Assembly: GCA_964016885.1 (NCBI GenBank) | Contig: CAXHJY010000226.1 | Location: forward strand, 1-64,000 | Length of the DNA stretch: 64,000 nt | Direction of reading: 5' to 3' | DNA from: Eledone cirrhosa | Lineage: Eukaryota | Shown here: positions 48,474 through 64,000 of the stretch, in pieces | Numbering within the stretch: position 1 is the first letter of the stretch | How the letters are laid out: each line of letters starts with the position of its first letter | Notes under the pieces: model-generated | What the model saw: only the letters and a program-made list of their open reading frames with translations | What the model was told of the DNA's origin: nothing | Databases searched by the model: none | Program-made: the position numbers and the translations under genes

Positions 48474-48507
<34 letters not shown>

Positions 48508-48876
48508 CATATAAATATATATTGATATTGTTATACTTTGGGAGGGTCATGTTGCCAATAAGAAATACACACAGAAACAAAATGGCGTAGGATAGAAGAA
48601 AGGAAAGGCACAGAAACAAAGAAAGGAATCCCCAGTCACTGAAGAGGTCACAGAGTGTGTGAAGAAAGGACTATGACTATATATAAACAACTATCTGGTT
48701 GTGGAACCAACCAACCAGAAATTTATAGGTTTGTAAATTTATAAATTTATAAATATATAATAAATTGAAGTGAAATCAACTGGTGCGTGTGTTTCTTATT
48801 GGCAACATGACCCTCCCAAAGTATAACAATATCGGTTTCAACACACGATTTCAGATAAAGAATCTTATATAGATAC

Positions 48877-48973
<97 letters not shown>

Positions 48974-48986
48974 CATATATATATAC

Positions 48987-49053
<67 letters not shown>

Positions 49054-49110
49054 CATATATATATATACATATATATATATACATATATATATATATACAT
49101 ATATATATAC

Positions 49111-49179
<69 letters not shown>

Positions 49180-49218
49180 AACATATATATATATATATAC
49201 ACACATATATATATATAC

Positions 49219-49249
<31 letters not shown>

Positions 49250-49272
49250 CATATACATATATATATACATAT

Positions 49273-49313
<41 letters not shown>

Positions 49314-49362
49314 CACATATATATATACATATATATATATACATATATATATATACACACAT

Positions 49363-49399
<37 letters not shown>

Positions 49400-49414
49400 C
49401 ATATATATATGTAC

Positions 49415-49449
<35 letters not shown>

Positions 49450-49804
49450 CATATATACATATATATATATATACATACATATATATATATATACATATAT
49501 ATATATATGTATATACATATACATATATACATATATACATATATATATATACATATATATACAAATATATATACATATACATATATATATATACATATAT
49601 ATATATACATATATATATATATACATATATATATATACATATATATATATACACATATATATATATATACATATATATACATATATATATATAAATATAT
49701 ACATATATATATATATACATATATACATATATATATACATATATATATATATACATATATATATACATATATATATATACATATATATATACATATATAT
49801 ATAC

Positions 49805-49907
<103 letters not shown>

Positions 49908-49910
49908 CAC

Positions 49911-49957
<47 letters not shown>

Positions 49958-50071
49958 CATATATATATACATATATATATACATATATATATACATATAT
50001 ACATATATATATATATACATATATATATATATTATACATATATGTATATATATATATATATTTATATATAC

Positions 50072-50102
<31 letters not shown>

Positions 50103-50119
50103 CATATATATATATAATA

Positions 50120-50862
50120 TAATAAATTTATTTAATTACATTTAATTACATTTAATTATACATTTAATTATATCTTATATTATATTATTTTAATTTAGTC
50201 TATGTTATTTGATTTTAGTTTACCTTATTTTATCTTATTTTACGATTATATTATATTATGTTCTATGTATATAATTTTTAATTTTTAATTTTATATTATT
50301 TTATCTCATTCCTTACCCTATATTTTATATGTAAGTTTGTTATGTATTTCTTTGTATTTCTTTTTATATATATTATAAGTCTGTTTTTCACCTATTTTTT
50401 ACCTATTTTTTACCTACTCTTACCTAATCCCATTATCTTATCTACTCTTGTCTGTTCTCTTATCCATGTGTCTACTCTTGTCTGTTCTCTTATCCATGTG
50501 TATGCTTGTATGTAACTATATGTTGACAGCACCCCGCCCAACTGTGACTGATAGCACCCCTTATTTTTATTTTTATTTTTACTTTTATTTTTATTCTTAT
50601 CCTCTATCGTCTATTATTACCTTTCATTCTTCAATGTCTTGGATTTGTTATTGCTTGTATGGTATGTAATTAACCTTTATGCTCTGATGAGTCCCACTTA
50701 TAATGCGGATGAAACAATGTTAGCAAGTAAAGATATGCATATGCTATAAGCGTTCTTTGTTATTTATTAATTATATTACGGCTCTGTCCTCAGACATTGA
50801 GCTAACCTCATACTGCCTGCTGGATAAGTGGAGTGTTATACACCCCTGATCCTTTCCCTAGC
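50120..50862 (+). mobile_element. Family E pLTR-like copy with HHR at 50675-50732
   Basis: tgct-CTGATGA-gtcc(cacttataatgc)ggat-GAAAC-aat-GTT-agca; homologous to 19872-20200. Confidence 0.75.
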
Positions 50863-50894
50863 ATACATATATATATATACATATATATATATAC

Positions 50895-50934
<40 letters not shown>

Positions 50935-51310
50935 GGAAAGTTATATTTAAATTGTTGGGTTACAACTAGTAAATATTTATAACTGATATAAAAGCACTCA
51001 ACAAGTATTTGGAGTATATTTACGATATTAAATAAATGGAAACTATATTTATAAAACCATATTTATTTCATTATATATATTTCAGGGATAACATATTAAC
51101 AATATGTTATGCCTTCTTCAGACAAAATACAATATAGACAGTTTTATAGATAAACAGATTTGACATACCGTTCAACATCGACTTGAACGGTATGTCAAAT
51201 CTATTTATCTATAAAACTGTCTATATTGTATTTTGTCTGAAGAAGGCATAACATATTGTTAATATGTTATCCCTGAAAAATTTAAATATAGTTTCCATTT
51301 ATTTAATATC

Positions 51311-51351
<41 letters not shown>

Positions 51352-51393
51352 TATATATATATATATACATATATATAAATACATATATATACA

Positions 51394-51575
<182 letters not shown>

Positions 51576-51628
51576 CACACATATGTATATATATACATAT
51601 ATATAAATATATATATATACATATACAC

Positions 51629-51663
<35 letters not shown>

Positions 51664-51678
51664 CATATATATACACAC

Positions 51679-51735
<57 letters not shown>

Positions 51736-51792
51736 TATATACATATATATATACATATATACAAATATATATATATACATATATATATATAC

Positions 51793-51881
<89 letters not shown>

Positions 51882-51896
51882 CATATATATATATAC

Positions 51897-51929
<33 letters not shown>

Positions 51930-51930
51930 C

Positions 51931-51991
<61 letters not shown>

Positions 51992-52016
51992 CATATATAT
52001 AAATACATATATATAC

Positions 52017-52047
<31 letters not shown>

Positions 52048-52058
52048 CATATATATAC

Positions 52059-52145
<87 letters not shown>

Positions 52146-52180
52146 TATATACATATATATATATATACATATATATATAT

Positions 52181-52237
<57 letters not shown>

Positions 52238-52307
52238 TATATGTACATATATACATATATATATATATATATATACATATATACATATATATATATATAT
52301 ACATACA

Positions 52308-52340
<33 letters not shown>

Positions 52341-52358
52341 GTATATACATATATATAT

Positions 52359-52431
<73 letters not shown>

Positions 52432-52436
52432 CACAC

Positions 52437-52467
<31 letters not shown>

Positions 52468-52566
52468 CATAAAAATATATATATATACATATATATATAT
52501 ATAAATATATATATATATAAATATATATATATATACATATATACATATATACATATATATATATAC

Positions 52567-52698
<132 letters not shown>

Positions 52699-52720
52699 AC
52701 ATATAAATATATATAGATAC

Positions 52721-52751
<31 letters not shown>

Positions 52752-53123
52752 CATATAAATATATATTGATACTGTTATACTTTGGGAGGGTCATGTTGCC
52801 AATAAGAAACACACACAGAAACAAAATCGCGTAGGATAGAAGAAAGGAAAGGCACTGAAACAAAGAAGGAATCCCCAGTCACTGAAGAGGTCACAGAGTG
52901 TGTGACGAAAGGACTATGACTATATATAAACAACTATCTGGTTGTAGAACCAACCAACCAACCAGAAATTTATAGGTTTGTAAATTTATAAATTTATAAA
53001 TATATAATAAATTGAAGTGAAAGCAGCTGGTGCGTGTGTTTCTTATTGGCAACATGACCCTCCCAAAGTATAACAATATCGGTTCCAACACACGATTTCA
53101 GATAAAGAATCTTATATAGATAC

Positions 53124-53182
<59 letters not shown>

Positions 53183-53183
53183 C

Positions 53184-53250
<67 letters not shown>

Positions 53251-53251
53251 C

Positions 53252-53282
<31 letters not shown>

Positions 53283-53295
53283 CATACATATATAC

Positions 53296-53360
<65 letters not shown>

Positions 53361-53393
53361 AACATATATATATATACACACATATATATATAC

Positions 53394-53424
<31 letters not shown>

Positions 53425-53445
53425 CATATACATATATATATACAT

Positions 53446-53476
<31 letters not shown>

Positions 53477-53529
53477 CATATACACACATATATATATATA
53501 TACATATATATATATACATATATATATAT

Positions 53530-53571
<42 letters not shown>

Positions 53572-54063
53572 CAGGAAAGAAGGTTTACATGGTTTGCTAT
53601 ACAAAAAAGTTTTTAATCACATAGCTTACATTTGTTTCACTGAACTGGTATGTCTAGAGATCGCTATCCGCCTAATTTTGCGTCACTCGATCGCCAATAC
53701 AGAATTATAACCAGTCAGATCTTCGGAGCATGCGAGAATGAAGAAAATACACAGGCAAGAAAATAAAAGAAAATATGGAGTAGTTATGGCATTCAATTAG
53801 AACAATAAACAACAACAATTATTACAACAATGCTATCAATAAACTATTTAAGGAGACCCTGACATTACTTAGGTGGGGGGTATATAATGTATCTAATGTT
53901 ACGGCGTGAAAACCAGAACCAGCTGTCATAAGGCAAAAAGTATCGTAGTGTGTATCAATTTTAAATTATCTTCAACCGTATACATGAGTGGGACCACTGT
54001 CAAAGCTCAATAGTTGTAGAGTTAATACAGAGGTTAACGAATTAATATACGCATATATCTACG

Positions 54064-54095
<32 letters not shown>

Positions 54096-54664
54096 AATAT
54101 AAATACATATACACATATATGTGTACATAGACACATACATACACACTAATATACACTCGTACAAAAATATACATACATGCAAAGAGAAAAGCGTGCTAAT
54201 TGTAATATGGCAAAAAGAAGGTAAAGTAACATTGTAGTAGTGAAATGAGAAAAACTAGGATCTAGGATCAAATGATTGCAGCAGCTGAGAAGGAGTAAGA
54301 TTGTTGGTAGATGAGGTATTTACAGACTATTGTGTGGTATAGACTTGTGAAGGAAATAGTATACTTAATGAATATATATTTTTTTTGTGGGTAGTAGGTA
54401 TCCTAATTTAAAGCTATGTTATGTTGGTTCGATTCACGGAGGTTTGAATCTTATGAATTTAGTGGCTATTCTATGCCTGCAGAAGATAGATCTTTCTAAC
54501 TTATTATTAAGTAGTCTTTTAACATTTCTAAGGATATACAATAGCTCAAGATCACACAGCCCGCAATAGGACATACCTGTACTATAGGTTTTAGCAGCCG
54601 ACAACTTCGACCAGTTGATAGTGTAGCTAGCGTTGCTGTCCTTCAATTCCCATATTTTTCTGGC

Positions 54665-55988
54665 GACACGTTACTTATAGCTAGGAACCTAAACAACCAG
54701 AGCTTGGAAAGACTAAGGAAAAATATTAGAATATTCTTCAAAAAACTAGGCCTAAGTATTACCTACGAACTAAACCATAAGAAGGTAAATTTTCTAGATG
54801 TAACTCTAAATCTAAATACTGGATTAATAGAACCTTTCCACAAAAATAATGAAAATCTTGCCTACATTAGTTACAACTCAAATCACCCCAAATCCATAAT
54901 TAAATCCATAGCACGTAGTATATCCCTCCGAATATCCCGCCTATCCTCAAACCTAGAAATCTTTAACGAGCATGCTGACTATTATAATGCAGCATTAAGT
55001 AGGGCCGGTCATAAAGATAAACTACAGTATATAGTGAATAAGGACAACATAAACAATCCTAGTAATTTCTACTCCAACCGCTCACATAATAATAAGAATA
55101 GCTTGACTAGACATAGGGTTAGACATGTAACACCTAGAGTAAACGGCCAAAACACTAATAACGTAAACCCTAGAAACAATAGAAGAAACAGACAAAGGAA
55201 ATACCTATGGTTCAACCCAATATTCAACTCCTCTATAAAAACTAGACTGCCCTCTATATTCTTTAAACTAATAGATAAACACTTCCCTATCTCGCATAGA
55301 TATCACAAACTACTCAATAGATCTACTATAAAACTCTCTTTTCAACAGCAGCTAACATAGAATCACACATACGCAAGATCAACCGCAGAAATATCTCAAG
55401 TAAATCAATTGCACCTATACATAAGCACAAACTCATCACAACATCACAACCACAAGCGCATACAAACGCGCAGCAGCAAAACCCCATTGGGCATATATCA
55501 CAACCCACTTATAACAGGGTACTAAATAGGAATGTAAAAGCTGCACATAATAGCGCCTCAAACTGCAACTGTCACCTCCCAGATAGGTGCCCATTGGCGA
55601 ATAGATGTCTCGATTCGAGTCTGGTGTACATGTGCACTGTCATCTCGGGTAACTCCACTTGGATTACATAGGATCCACCGCGGGTTCTTTTAAGAAAAGA
55701 TGGTATGTGCACAGGCACTCGATGAAAAACCGAGCTCTTATGGGTTCCACCACCCTCGCCAGAAAAATATGGGAATTGAAGGACAGCAACGCTAGCTACA
55801 CTATCAACTGGTCGAAGTTGTCGGCTGCTAAAACCTATAGTACAGGTATGTCCTATTGCGGGCTGTGTGATCTTGAGCTATTGTATATCCTTAGAAATGT
55901 TAAAAGACTACTTAATAATAAGTTAGAAAGATCTATCTTCTGCAGGCATAGAATTGCCACTAAATTCATAAGATTCAAACCTCCGTGA
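54665..55988 (+). pseudogene. Penelope-like RT C-terminus, linker and GIY-YIG; 5'-truncated, frameshifts near 55340 and 55658
   Basis: VNFLDVTLNL, SNHP, WFNP, CNC...CP...C, LVY...YIGST and CGLC..E...FCRH motifs. Confidence 0.9.
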
Positions 55989-56326
55989 ATCGAACCAACA
56001 TAACATAGCTTTAAATTAGGATACCTACTACCCACAAAAAAAATATATATTCATTAAGTATACTATTTCCTTCACAAGTCTATACCACACAATAGTCTGT
56101 AAATACCTCATCTACCAACAATCTTACTCCTTCTCAGCTGCTGCAATCATTTGATCCTAGATCCTAGTTTTTCTCATTTCACTACTACAATGTTACTTTA
56201 CCTTCTTTTTGCCATATTACAATTAGCACGCTTTTCTCTTTGCATGTATGTATATTTTTGTACGAGTGTATATTAGTGTGTATGTATGTGTCTATGTACA
56301 CATATATGTGTATATGTATTTATATT

Positions 56327-56375
<49 letters not shown>

Positions 56376-56696
56376 GTAGATATATGCGTATATTAATTCG
56401 TTAACCTCTGTATTAACTCTACAACTATTGAGCTTTGACAGTGGTCCCACTCATGTATACGGTTGAAGATAATTTAAAATTGATACACACTACGATACTT
56501 TTTGCCTTATGACAGCTGGTTTTCACGCCGTAACATTAGATACATTATATACCCCCCACCTAAGTAATGTCAGGGTCTCCTTAAATAGTTTATTGATAGC
56601 ATTGTTGTAATAATTGTTGTTGTTTATTGTTCTAATTGAATGCCATAACTACTCCATATTTTCTTTTATTTTCTTGCCTGTGTATTTTCTTCATTC

Positions 56697-56814
56697 TCGC
56701 ATGCTCCGAAGATCTGACTGGTTATAATTCTGTATTGGCGATCGAGTGACGCAAAATTAGGCGGATAGCGATCTCTAGACATACCAGTTCAGTGAAACAA
56801 TGTAAGCTATGTGA
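56697..56814 (+). ncRNA. Hammerhead with CCGAAGA core and long stem II (inverted copy at 53617-53735)
   Basis: tcgcatgct-CCGAAGA-tctgactggt...accagttcagt-GAAAC-aat-GTA-agctatgtga. Confidence 0.65.
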
Positions 56815-57031
56815 TTAAAAACTTTTTTGTATAGCAAACCATGTAAACCTTCTTTCCTGATTTATTATTACTCCAAGTGTTTACAACATAGGAATTACAG
56901 CATACCCGCAGCATCACTATGAAAACGCTTGTTGAGTCAAACCAAGCCAAGCGTTAATACCATCCACTACCTGGAATACCATAACTGGACTTCACCTAAG
57001 TGGACTGCATTTAACTATTATTTGTTAATCC

Positions 57032-64000
<6,969 letters not shown>

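Larger units (their letters stand above)
53568..57031 (+). mobile_element. Penelope-like element with a 1.1-kb inverted 5' arm (53568-54666 = reverse complement of 55756-56863) and a ~165-nt unpaired 3' tail
   Basis: Near-perfect inverted repeat; RT-thumb and GIY-YIG coding sequence; HHR-like fold in the pLTR. Confidence 0.9.

Overview
This is eukaryotic, repeat-saturated DNA; the SINE, RTE and (TA)n content suggests an octopus-like cephalopod genome, which is inference. Most of the window is degenerate (TA)n/(TACA)n microsatellite, which produces all the Y/I/H/T-rich ORFs. No host gene is evident. The unique islands are retroelements: one RTE LINE with an intact 1181-aa ORF (APE endonuclease, RT, three C2H2 fingers), a non-autonomous RTE 5'+3' derivative, two identically truncated CR1-clade LINE fragments, one tRNA-headed SINE and two Penelope-like (PLE) GIY-YIG coding remnants. 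The main result is that most remaining non-coding islands carry a type I hammerhead ribozyme (HHR) fold with a tiny, usually palindromic stem III. I count 8 sequence-distinct families. Several share one insertion architecture: two head-to-head inverted arms, one with an extra 3' tail, embedded in (TA)n. The most striking case is a 467-bp HHR satellite of about 14 apparently identical copies, split into 3.9 and 10.4 units in opposite orientation. It resembles a PLE-mobilised retrozyme/circular-RNA system. Two families share a non-canonical CCGAAGA (U4C) core. All folds were read by eye and none is experimentally or computationally verified.
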